Source of the DNA: Podarcis cretensis
Lineage: Eukaryota
Assembly: GCA_951804945.1 (NCBI GenBank)
Contig: OX638149.1
Location: 63,364,001 to 63,428,000, forward strand
DNA length: 64,000 nucleotides
Direction of reading: 5' to 3'
Below, piece after piece: positions 26,860 through 38,601 of this stretch (position 1 is the first letter of the stretch; every line of letters begins with the position of its first letter). The notes under the pieces were generated by a model, which searched no databases, had not been told where the DNA came from, and was given only the letters and a program-made list of their open reading frames with translations. The position numbers were made by a program, and so were the translations under genes.

Positions 26860-27012
26860 ATACCCACTGCACACTGACCTGCTGTTTTCAGTGAAATAGC
26901 TACTGTGACTCCAAGGTTTCTTTTCTGGACAGTCACAGACAATTCAAACCCTGTCAGCTGATATGAAGTTTTCTATGGCTGTTTTGGTTCAAACATACCA
27001 TCACTTTGCACC
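26860..27012 (-). mobile_element. Degraded CR1 ORF2 fragment
   Basis: CACTGCACACTG...ACTCCAAGGTTTCTTTTCTGG...CATCACTTTGCAC resembles the reverse of the CR1 CKVMH...E.DLGV region. Confidence 0.45.
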
Positions 27013-27051
27013 CAAAGTGAAAATGAAATGAAAATTAGCATTATTCATTTA

Positions 27052-27293
27052 CAGTGGTACCTCAGGTTACATACGCTTCAGGTTACATACACTTCAGGTT
27101 ACAGACTCCACTAACCCAGAAATAATACCTCGGGCTAAGAACTTTGCTTCAGGATGAGAACAGAAATCGTGCTCCGGCGGCGCGGCAGTAGCAGGAGGCC
27201 CCATTAGCTAAAGTGGTGCTTCAGGTTAAGAACCGTTTCAGGTTAAGAACGGACCTCCGGAACAAATTAAGTACTTAACCCGAGGTACCACTG
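27052..27293. mobile_element. Tigger/pogo-type MITE (family A)
   Basis: TA|CAGTGGTACCTC...GAGGTACCACTG|TA. Confidence 0.9.
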
Positions 27294-27931
27294 TATTTAT
27301 TCACTGTACCTGTCAGTTGCCTAGGAAACATCATTCTCTGGTCAAGTCATAATATAATAAAAACAGTTGAAAATCACAAGTCCATATAATGAAATGCAGC
27401 ACAAACAATACAACAGTAAAACAGTTTTGAAAATCTAAAAATCAGATAAAGTCTGAGTTAATTAAAAAAACAAAAGCAAACCACTGGTGCTTTGGTGCTT
27501 AGACCCTGCTTGCAGTTTTCCCACAGGAATCTGGTTGACCTCTGTGAGACCAAGATGATGGATCTAGCAGACTCTTCTTATGTTCTTTAAAGGACCACAG
27601 AGGTGGATGAGCACATTAAAAGCAAAGTACCAAAGATTAAAAACACAGTTTTAAAAGCCTGTGATAATAAAAAATATTTAGCTGGAACTGAAGAGACATA
27701 AAAAAAAGGCAACTGGGCAAATCTCTCTGTGTAACTGAGGGGGTCTCCGATGAGAAGACACCTTAGTTGTATCTCAGCTTGCAAGGGCACTTAGAGAAGC
27801 ACTTTTGATGAATCAAAGAGCACATGTTAAAATATTAAAATGTTCACAAGTTACATGAAATAAATGGGTGGCATATGCTGTATGACATGCATTAACTTAG
27901 AACTAGTAGTGATTGGCATGGTGAGTCTTCA

Positions 27932-28383
27932 TTTTTATCATCTTTTTAAAATATTATTTTATTAATTTTCCAAAAACAACAAAAATAAAAACATTTGACT
28001 TCCCCCTCTTCCCTTCCCTAGTTCCATTGTTTATCATCATACTGCATGTCCATTTTAAATTATAAAATCATTAAAATTATTTATTATCCAGTCCTAATGT
28101 CTTTACAAGTATTTTTAAAATCCTGCTAATGTATTAACCTGTGTACATTGCTTCTGTATGCATGCAATAAAGTCCTTCCAATCTTCTTTAAATTCATCGT
28201 CATCTCTTCCTCTTAATTTCGAAGTCAATATTGCCATTTCAGCATATTCCATTAATTTTACTTGCTAATCTTCTTTAGCTGGGACACCTTCTTCTTTCCA
28301 ATGTTGTGCTAATAGTATTCATGTGGCTGTTATTGAGTACTTAAATAAGTCTTTTTGCGTTCTTGGTATATCCACTCCTGTAA
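27932..28383 (-). mobile_element. 5'-truncated older L1 fragment
   Basis: Minus strand reads DIPRTQKDLFKYSITAT*ILLAQHWKEEGVPAKED*QVKLMEYAEMA (L1 ORF2 end with stops); 17-bp TSD GGCATGGTGAG(T/A)CTTCA at 27915-27931 / 28384-28400. Confidence 0.85.
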
Positions 28384-29599
28384 GGCATGGTGAGACTTCA
28401 GTGGTCACCTGATGGCTGGTTGGTTTTGTCACTGCTGCATACTGGGAGATAGAGGGGAAGGGTGATGCCGAGGCTGGCATGGTGCAAATACATTGGCAGG
28501 GTCACTGAATTGGCTCCGCCTGTGTGTTTGCACTGCACCAGTCTTGTGTCTCCCCCTCTGCCCTCTGCCCTCCAGTAAGCAGCAGTCTGACTGGCCAGAC
28601 ATCAGCTGAGCCACCCCACCTCATTCTCTGCTTCCCCTGAGAACCTAAAAGGAGATGCCCTTCTAGCAGAGCTTCTGCTAAAGAGGAACAAGCCTTTTAC
28701 TATAAGACAGGTAGAGCAAGATCCTTATAGCTGATCAAGACTGCGCAGGGGTCCTTAGACTGAAAGTAATCTATTTCTTACAGCAAGGAGTTTGGATCAT
28801 GGACATATTTGTTTCTATCTATATTTTACAAAATTTCTGCCCTCAAAGTGACTTCCATATTAGAAACCCAAAGGCACAAGAAATAATCAGATTCGAAAGT
28901 TAATACACAACGTCAATTAAATCACTAAAATAGCAGCATAAATCTGCTGATTTGTTTTAAGAATACATCAGTACAGCAGGAAGTTAAAACAGATTGAAAT
29001 CATGGAAGAATGAAAGAGTTTTTGCCACCCCACTAAAACTCAAGTGAGAGGTGGCATGGCCATAACCAAGGAGGAGACAGCTGCCCCCACCAATCAAAAT
29101 CAATAAGAATAAATACAAATCTGAGGTTCTGCCCCCTTAACAAAAGCCTGTCCCTAACAAAAATCCTGGTTATGCCCATGAGAGGGGGCCATCTGAACCT
29201 ATTTCAAGAGGGAGTTGCTCAATATAGTGCCACTGCCCAGAAAGCCTATGTTCATGATTCCACCAAGCACACCTCCGAAGGTGAAAGAACATGGAGCAGG
29301 GCCTCAGACATTATAGTACAGTACTGGAACAGGTTCATGTGGGAGATGATGGCCCTTCAGATAACCTGGTCATTGAGGGTTTTATCACAGCACTTTGAAT
29401 ATCATCTGCCATATTGTTGCATTAGTCACCCAGTTTGAAGAGATCTTTGGGGAGCACTTCAAAGTCCAATTGAGAGTTCATTGTCCCAAATAATTTGGCA
29501 TCATCTGCAAATGTTGCTGCCTTGCTATTTCACCGTTGTGGCTTGTAGCATTTGTGAGTGAGGTAGCCTTGGAAGCTGAAAGAAGAAAGGTGCACTTAA

Positions 29600-29990
29600 A
29601 TGAGCGCCTAAACAACAACTACAAATAAAGCAAAGGTGGATGAAAGGAAGGTCGACAAAAAGGTTACTGTAAATAATAAGAAGTTTGTAAGCAACAAAAG
29701 GTCAGTGAGGAAGATGGGCCTCTTAAGTGATGGCAGCAGCAATTTATTGACAAAAGAAGTAGACAGTTCTATGAAATTGGATGAATTCTATTGCAGCCCT
29801 CACAAAAGAGGGCAGGGTGAGATGCCAGAGCCAGACATAAATTTCCCCAGGGCAAAAACTAATGGCAATAATAAAAAATAAATAAATAAATAAATAAATA
29901 AGAATTGTGGCAAAACGGATGCTCTAGAAATAAGCTCATCTGAACTCTGAAGGCTAACAAGACTTGAGGCAGCTCTAAAGGGAGGGAACA
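29600..29990 (+). mobile_element. Old CR1 ORF2 remnant
   Basis: NNKKFVSNKRSVRKMGLLSDGSSNLLTKEVDSSMKLDEF resembles the CR1 linker N.K.F...KR..R..GPL.D....LT......LNEFF; interrupted by (AAAT)n. Confidence 0.55.
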
Positions 29991-30735
29991 ATCACACAGC
30001 AATAGGAAGAGGCTTTGTTTCAAACAATAATAAGAGGGCTGGTTAAAAAGGCAGCCATCACCTATTCATACCCTACCCTGATCTCAGAGGTTATCTGGAA
30101 GGTCACACGTCACCACAGAAGCCCTAATGCCTCCAAGGCTACCTTCTGCTGATGTCCAGTAAGGACATCAGATGTGCATCCCTGTGTTCAGCCATTATCC
30201 TTGAAACAGTTCATGCATGTAAGTGGCAAAGTCTGCCTGGATCTATTCAACTCAGTGTTCCAATCATGAATAGAATTTGCTCTGCCTCTGTCCATGAAGC
30301 GAGTCCTACTTAGAATGGTGTGGTGGGTAAGTTCCCCCATACTGTTGTCACATCATCATAGCTACAAACATAGAATCAAAGAGTTGTAAGGAACTTCAAA
30401 TTTCATCAACCTCCACTTCTGCCCACCAATGCAGGAAATGCACTGAAACAACATCCCTGATATCATACTGGGAGGGCCATATAGGCTTGTGTTTATCAGA
30501 TGACTGTTTGGAATTCTTAAAGAGTGATCAACCCAAATAGGGAGAACCCAAATAGATGGACTCAGCTGTTCCTAGCCAAGCTTGCATACTCCAGGGTTGA
30601 TGAAGTTTGTTCCCTGCTCTCACATCCACAGCTTTTCCCAGCAGGTCCTTAACACCAACACCCCCCAAGGCTGCTTCCTTTTCACCCTCTTTGATGCCAG
30701 AGCATTTCACAAGTGCTACAGGGTAGCAAAATATG

Positions 30736-30767
<32 letters not shown>

Positions 30768-32526
30768 AAATTTATACTCCATCTCTTGGAGGTAAAATCT
30801 TCCTCCTCAACACTAAATCTCTCTCCCTCTTTACACTCTCAGAGTGTGAGATTCAATTAATATTCTGACCCCCTCAGATGCCCTCACAGTAATCATAGGG
30901 TTAGAGTTGCAGCCTTAAATGCGCTTTACTTTTACCTTTGTATTTTGATTGTGCAAATGGCTTTGGCTTGGGGATTGGGATTGGCTGGTTGCTTTGCTTG
31001 TTTGTACATTATTTTGCTAGTAATTTGTACTAAGTTTCTTTGGGGAAATTAGATACAATGGATTTTAAAAATAATAATAATAATTGAAGTGCACACATTC
31101 ATGCAGCATTTAGTAGTCATCAGAAGCTGTAGAATCTAATGTGCCTTTTGGAGGTGGCTAGAAACATTTCCTAAGACATCAACCCAGTGGCATAAATACA
31201 TCAGAACTGACCCTGGACTATTGTTTTCCTGTGTGGTGTCCTTCCAGCTGACTAGCCTGTGCCACACAGCGGAGACAGAAATTCAAAGCAAGTTTTCAGG
31301 CTCTCCAAGCAGGAAAGCAGCAAACTCCTCCAGACTCAACCAATTCCATCTTGTTTTAAAGTACAGAAGTGTTTGTGAGATAGAGCCTCCCATGGTGTGC
31401 CCTCTTCCGTAGTTCTGTAGCTTTGAAAGACCCTCTCTGAACTGCCTCATACTGACTGCTGTGCTCAGTAGTGCAGCTGGAAGAGACCCTTGGGGGAAAA
31501 GAATAGCTCCAAATCTTTATGAAAGCTCTAAAGCACAGAGCACACCCCAGATTCCCTGAAAGCTTTCTTTTACAACAGCAGATGTTGCTACTTGCACGGC
31601 AGAAACAACTTTGTGCTCTCTGGAGGAAGGAGTTGGTAGAAACCTATGAGAGTAGCTAGGAAGGGTTTGTTCCATATTTATTTTTATTTTAAAAAATGAA
31701 CTAAACACGCTTGTGATTTATATATGCTGGGTTCTGTCGATGCCGTAAATTGCTTGCAAAAACACAAGGGCAAGTATTCAGGTTGGACTTGGCCACATTG
31801 ATTTTTATTCCCCATGACTGTGAGAGAGATTTGCAAATGTTTCACTTTTCACAGGGAGGGTATAAAACAGCATGAAAATGCCTGTAACAAAAAAAAAAGT
31901 TTATTTTTAAAACCAACAGCAGCCTCAGTGACTTTCTCTGAGAATGAAGGTTTGAATTCTCCCAGCACCAAAGACTTCCCTCTTTCTTTCCCTTTATGTA
32001 TATTTATGAACTATGTGCCTGTGGGGGAAGGAAAAGGATCACATGGCCTGCTCCCTCGCTCTGTTTTCTTATTTCCTCGCGATTGAGTTTGAAGAAACTG
32101 TGGCTGCGGCTTTCCTTTTCACAGCATTGATCAGGCACTTGTGGCTGCTGCTACATACTAATGTCTGGCAAACACCTCACTTGTTTTGTAGTCTGGGAAT
32201 GTTTCTGTGGTTTGCAAGTTGCCAGTAGCACCCAGTCAGCCTGAAAGATACCATTCTTTAGAGCAGTGCAAGTGGTTCTGGGCTTCAGGAAGGAGGCATG
32301 AGAGCTCTGACAGGGGCTTTGAGTCCTCCTGCCTCCTTCCCAAAGCTGGGCAAGTGCTTACCAGGCTTTGGGAAGGATGTAAGAGGGCTCTAGGACCTAG
32401 CCAGAGCTTCACACCTTTTCCCAAAGCCACTGCTTAAGCCAGTGCCGTGAAGGTTGGGGAAAATGTTTGATTGTATAGGAGGGGTGGGGAACCTGTGGCC
32501 TTCCAAACATTGCTGGACTATGGATG

Positions 32527-32636
32527 GTATTCAGCTAAGTTTTATGCAGGGTAAAGCCATTGAAATTAAATAACATGACAAAGTTAGGTCCATTAATTTC
32601 ACTGGGTTTGTTCTGAGTAAAACTTAGTTGAATATT
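32527..32636. mobile_element. Palindromic MITE-like element
   Basis: Inverted arms TATTCAGCTAAGTTTTA...CCATTGAAATTAA / TTAATTTCACTGG...TAAAACTTAGTTGAATA. Confidence 0.6.
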
Positions 32637-33135
32637 GCCCAATTAACAAGTTGCAGTGCCTGCTGGGAGTAATGATTCAACAACATCTGGTCATCCCCCT
32701 TTGCTTCATAGTGAGCTTTCCAAAGGCACCACAAACCATTAGTTTGACCTTTCAAAAATCTGTGGGGTTTTTAAAGATGTATGATGTTTTCCAACCCATA
32801 GCTGTATGCATCTCTTATGTTTCTGGGTGTACCATAGTGAATGTGCTATTTTTTAATGAATATGTGGTTTTAAGGGTATGTGCTTATTTTCTAGATGAGC
32901 TACCCAAATCCATCTGTTTGCAATGCTAGTTACTTTTGCTGTGAAGACAATAGCACTAACTTGCATGTGCACAGGAAGTAAATGCTTGTGGGGCTGGTTC
33001 TAGACACATCAAGAAGCGCTTCATTTTAAAGCATTGTAAATTTAAACAGGGAAAACAGGTAGAGAAAAATGGGACTCCGCATCGTCATCTGGTGGCACAA
33101 TGTTAGATCACACATACGACACATATAAATCGTTT

Positions 33136-33471
33136 TGACGCACAGCGTAAATTAATAATGCAGAGTTTTAAAGAATAAAAGCTTTACTGAGTTAAAATAA
33201 ACTTCTTCATAAAAACATTCTTCATAAAAACATGGTTCCAAACAGTTTGATTGAGATTACATACTGACTGTTCACAACTGAAGCAGACTGACTCTGCTGA
33301 AAAACTTACAGAGAGCACAAAGTGAAAGTGGCTACTAAGTCACATGTCAGAGTGACTCAACAATTAGCAGTTAGGCCTGAATAACTTTAGTAGGTCCAAA
33401 TGATTGTGCAGTCCCAGCACTTCCCAGCCTGCTTTGCTGCTTCTGCTCTCATGTGTCTTTGTCACATGACA
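33136..33471 (-). mobile_element. Probable solo LTR
   Basis: TG...CA ends (TGACGC / CATGACA); 5-bp flanks CGTTT / CGCTT (1 mismatch); AGTAAA-type signal on the minus strand near 33185. Confidence 0.5.
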
Positions 33472-33764
33472 CGCTTTTACTTTACCAATCTAGCTGAGTC
33501 CTGGGTCTTAGTGCATAAGATACTGTGCAAGTCTCAAGGGCCAGATAGAGAGGCCTTGAGGCCATGTTCAAGCCCTTGATTTGAGCTTCCTTACTTGTGC
33601 CTTAAGCCAAGATCTTCTTGTTAGTGCTGGGGCTCAGCTACAAAATGTAGTGTTCAGAGTAAACACAGATCCATAAGTCAGGGTTGGACCTTTAGCTATG
33701 GACCCATTTAGTAGTGGGAACTTTTTGAAACCTGCAGGTCCCACAAACATTTCTCATTTAACTA

Positions 33765-34118
33765 CAGTGGTGCCTCGCAAGACAAAATTAATTCATTCCG
33801 CGAGTTTTTTCATCTTGCGATTTTTTCGTCTTGCGAAGCACGGACTTTGGAAAAGCTTCAAAAATCACCAAAGTCTTCAAAAACCTCAAGAAAGGCTACC
33901 ACACCGCGTGCTATGAGTTGCTCCTCGAAGTGAATGCACGGTTTTAAGAAAAAGGAAACAAACTTGCAAGACAAAGGAAACAAACTTGCAAGACGTTTTC
34001 GTCTTGCGAAGCAAGCCCATAGGGAAATCCGTCTTGTGAAGCAACTCAAAAAACGAAAAACTCTTTCATTTTGCGAGTTTTTCGTCTTACGAGGCATTCG
34101 TCTTGCGAGGTACCACTG
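33765..34118. mobile_element. Tigger/pogo-type MITE (family B)
   Basis: TA|CAGTGGTGCCTCGCAAGAC...GTCTTGCGAGGTACCACTG|TA; internal repeats of TCGTCTTGCGA. Confidence 0.9.
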
Positions 34119-34829
34119 TATTTGTTTGTTTGAGAAAAGGCTCACATCTCAGACTGCGGGTGAGGTTACTTTAGTATTTATAGACATTTCCTCACCACTG
34201 TATACGCATAGCTTGCCACCAACACATTTATGATTAGGTGAAAAAGGGTTTTTCATCCCTCGTCTGTTCTGTTTGCATAAGTTTAGATGGAGATATCACA
34301 CCTACACATTTCATTTCTCTAAATTGAAAATTTGTGTGTGTGTTTGTGTGTTGAACCAAAAGTTGTTGGTAGTTGTTGCAAGAATGAGCTCATCTATGTT
34401 TATAGTCGCTTGCTTTGATATATGCGAATTGGCTTGCTTTGATACTGTGGGTCCTGGGATGCTGGGCTCTTGGCCCACAGAAGGGAGCTATCTGTAAGCC
34501 TTGGATAGTTGCCACCTATGGCCTCAGCGGTCAAGTGAATTGATGGGAAGGTCTTGACAAACTGCTTTGTGTATAAAGAATGTATAAACGTTTGCTTGGG
34601 TGCCAACAAGTCATTATGACCTCTCACTGTTGCAGTGTTCACCCCACAACTGTAAAGGTGTTGGGGGCTCCAAGGGCTGTGCTATAAATCTACATCTCCT
34701 TTTAATAGAGCACTAGAATTGATAGCTCTAGTATTTTCGACATCCTCCTTTGGTATCTTTGCATCAAACAACTCCCAAGAGCTCACCTTTGGGCTGGTGG
34801 ATTAGAACTGTATATAAGGGAGAGTGGGG

Positions 34830-34846
34830 GGAGGGAGGGAGGGAGG

Positions 34847-34898
<52 letters not shown>
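34830..34898. repeat. (GGGA)n(GAAA)n microsatellite
   Basis: Direct reading. Confidence 0.9.
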
Positions 34899-34951
34899 GT
34901 TAAAAACATTTGGTACAAACAAGCAATTATAACAACAACTATCATTTTGCA

Positions 34952-35212
34952 TTTTCTTCTTTGGCGACCACTCGTAGCCTGCACACGAATTTGTTTTATG
35001 TGTGGAGATCAGTACACGATGACCAATGCACCGTCTTCGCAGTAAGGCTTTGCTTGTTCTGCCATTGAGGACTTCTTGGTTCATTGTCCAGCTGCTCCCC
35101 TTTGACCTTACTGCCTTGGGTGACCATGCTGGGAGTATGAGACTCCCTATGGCTTCACTCACAAGGATCACAGGAATGTGCAAGCCCACTCACCATGACA
35201 AGGTGATGATCC
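34952..35212 (-). mobile_element. Short RTE-derived non-autonomous element (RTE-like 5' head + RTE-like 3' end)
   Basis: Minus strand begins GGATCATCACCTTGTCATGGTGAGTGGGCTTGC...GGTCACCCAAG (resembles the recalled RTE/Bov-B 5'UTR motif CCTTGTCGTGG..GGGGCTTGC) and ends GGCTACGAGTGGTCGCCAAAGAAGAA. Confidence 0.55.
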
Positions 35213-35659
35213 AGCGAGTGAGATTTTTATATCTTCACAGAAACACAGGCAGGTTTCTTCCAAAGCATTTCAAACCATATGTTGTGTTTGCACATCTTTG
35301 CAGAGGTTTCTAAATGCTTGTTTTTTTCTTTTCTTTTTTAAAGTTTCCAAATCTTTTCAGAGTTTTAAACTTTTTCAGCATGAGCAAATTCCAGCAGTTT
35401 CTTCCTGTAAAAAAATACGGTTACATTTTAACACAGGGTAAGGTTTGTTTGTTTTTGAAAGAGAGAACAATCAGACTGTCATAAGAAACTAATCATACTA
35501 AAGGTTGCCACATTCAGCTCAATCCAAAACAGTCAAACCTTTTCAAACATTTAAACTATTATATACTAATAGTAACACCTTGAACCTGGCCTAGTAGTAA
35601 ATCAGCAAACACTGCAAATCTCTAAGCAAGGCTGTTGTACACTACACAGCAGTGGTGTG

Positions 35660-35662
<3 letters not shown>

Positions 35663-35702
<40 letters not shown>
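35663..35702. repeat. (CA)n microsatellite
   Basis: Direct reading. Confidence 0.95.
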
Positions 35703-35706
<4 letters not shown>

Positions 35707-35764
35707 TTGAGCTGGTCATTACAATTTTTCATGTGCTGTTTTTAGTCTGATTTTTATCTCAGTA

Positions 35765-35978
35765 CAGTCTTACCTTGGAATCCAATGCCACAAACCCGGA
35801 AGTGTTCTGGTTTGCGAATGTTCTTTTGGAACCCAAATGTCCGACAGAGCTTCTGCGGCTTCTGATTGGCTGCAGGAGTTTCCTGTAGCCCATCAGAAGC
35901 CGTGATTTGGTTTTCAAATGTTTTGGAAGTCAAACGGACTTACGGAACGGATTCCATTCGACTTCCAAGGTACAACTG
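35765..35978. mobile_element. Tigger/pogo-type MITE (family C)
   Basis: TA|CAGTCTTACCTTGGAA...TTCCAAGGTACAACTG|TA. Confidence 0.8.
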
Positions 35979-38601
35979 TAATTTTTCAATAATTTGTTTG
36001 CAATGTTTTTAAATGCAGTGTGAAACCCCCAGAGAGCCTCTGCCACATAGTGAGTGAGCTGTATAGGCCAGTGGTCTGCATCCATTGAACAGCTGAACTG
36101 AACTGTTACCGGTATATGCATAGCTACTGTTAGGTATTAATGTTAAACACTATACCGCATAGAGAAAATATCAAGTACCTGAGTTGAACTTTATTTTGTT
36201 CGGCCAACCATGTTTTCCCTTTCCTTTGGCCTTTCAGTTGGAAAAAGCTATTCTGTTGTGAATTTTGAAACAGCTACTTTTATCCAGAAAGAGTTGCATA
36301 AAATTACTCAGTGGAATGATTTTATATTTAGTATTTCTAAATATTCTCGAATATGGATGAAGGAGTTCAGTTATAGAGGGACACATTGTGGGAGATGTTT
36401 GTTTCAGGTATTCAAAAACTTCTTTGCATTATCCCTTTTGCAAAGAGGATTTCACTTCAGATCCTTGCATGTGGAATGCTATTGAGATGCAAAAATATTA
36501 TGAAAAACACCATTATTTTTTAAATGAATTCCTTGCTAATGGCGGGTTTTTTTTTTTTACACAAGGCTACTAAAAGGATGCAAAGCAGCCCATTTATCTC
36601 AAAATTTGCATTTTAATGACACTAGGCAGAAGGGCAGGAAGGCATTAGAAGTTAATTTTAGAATACTGGAGTGGGGGACCCTCTTAGGACTTCGTGCTAC
36701 AATAGAAGAGGCCTGTCATGGTGATAATAATAATAACTACTTGCTTTCATTAATCGTGTCAAAAAGAGAACTATGACACTGATTAATTAATGATTGGCAA
36801 GCCAGTCCTTCCTAATGGAACTCCTCGTTCATCGACAGTACCACTTTGGCTTTTTGTGAACAAGAATCAGCCTTTGATTAATGTATTATCATTTTTCACT
36901 GCTCTCCAAATGAAGCTTTCTTCTCCCGCTACCCCCCAAAGCGGTGCATCTTAGTTACGTTTGTGACAGTAGTGATAGGTTGTGTGAAGAGTTATTTTCA
37001 TGGTTGGCATTCAGGATGATGCAAACCACCATTATAGCAAAGTGTGGCCAGCTCATGTGGTTCAAACAAGTGTTTTTGGTGAAGGGGAAATGCTGGGCTC
37101 ACCCAAGACCCACTGGTTTCAACATGAAAACTACAGGATAATCGTGTACAGATCTCCTGAGAAGTAACCCCCACTGAGTCAACAGGGATTACTTGGAGGT
37201 AAGTGGAATGTGTAAGTATCTCCTGCTGACACCAACCAGATTTGGAGTGCCTGCAACTGAGGACTCATTCCTAATTTCATTTTCATACAGTGACTCCACA
37301 ATTCCCGGTGTTCATTAGTGATAACTTCTATTTGCACCCCTGATGTCTGGCACATGTACTTCCCATGAAAAAATGTTATTTCCCTGTTGCCCAACATTTC
37401 TCTTACTCTGCTTGTTCCAGACAAGAACAGGTTAACTAGCCTGCCATTCATTAACAGTATATGTTGACTCCCTATTCTCTTTTCCTCATTCTCAATGAAG
37501 CCAAAGCAAAAAGCTTGTTATATTTCCCGTTATTTGTTTCTGAAGCTACCACCGTAACGCTGAACTTCTGTGTCATGGGAATATTCAAGTGTACAATTTG
37601 TTCCATTTTCTGGTTTCATCTAATGGAACATTAGTACTGCTGGGTCATCACAATGCAGCTTGAAATATCTTTGTTTTATTCCTTTGATATATTGCCTGTA
37701 TATGTGCATAATTCTAGCATTTCTCGGTCTTGCTCATCCTGTTATTTCACTTGACTATGAAAGTATTTTTGCAACAGGTTGCTTTCCACTTCTCTCTATG
37801 CAATATGTCTGGAGATTTTTCTCAGCTGTGGATCAACTATGGAACATTCCTCATAATGAAATAATAACATTACAGGAGAGTTGTGTGCTGGCTTCTAGCA
37901 TCTCTCTGATTTACATTTATTTATTTATTTTGGTCCCCAGGCTGTTCCCAAGTGGTTTTAGGACTACGAATACCAGTGTGCTTACAGCAGGCACTATTTG
38001 ATTAATGAACAATTATTTTGAGTTAATCATTAGATACTTGCCTATGGGGACTGCCTTAATTAGCTAAATGCAAAGAATTTCCTATCTCTACACAGACAGG
38101 CTGTGATATTTTCTTTCCATAAAACAAAAATAAGATAAAAAGGATGTTAATCATGCTCAGCCGCCTGTTTGAGCAGCTATTCTGCTGGGATTTTTCCTTC
38201 CCAAAGCTCAACATCATTTGTGACTTCATCAGGTCAAGGTATGCAATGTATTAGGGGTCCAAAATATTCTTCATTGACCTAGCAGTCAAAAAATGCATTT
38301 TTAAACTGCTTTTCTACACTGTAGGTAGCAATAGAGATATTTTTATATATAGATCTTGACTTCCATATAGCTAAAAGTGGTCCTGCAATGTCCTGTAACT
38401 GTATCAGTGCCATTCTTAGATGAAACATCTTAGATTTGAACATGAATAGGAAATATGGTAAGTCCTTAAATGTTTGTCCTGCAATGCATGCAGTAGTGTG
38501 GTACCAGGCATACCTCAAAGATATTGTGGATTCGACTCCAGACCACCACAATAAAAGCAAATATCACAATAAAGTGATTCACGTGATATTTTGGGTTTTC
38601 C

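Noticed and set aside
30090-30230. Possible DIRS tyrosine recombinase remnant
   Set aside because: Only a vague resemblance; no intact HSTR-type motif
33083-33098. CTCF-like GCCACCAGATGACG on the minus strand
   Set aside because: Mismatch in the core GGCG and lies in a degraded repeat
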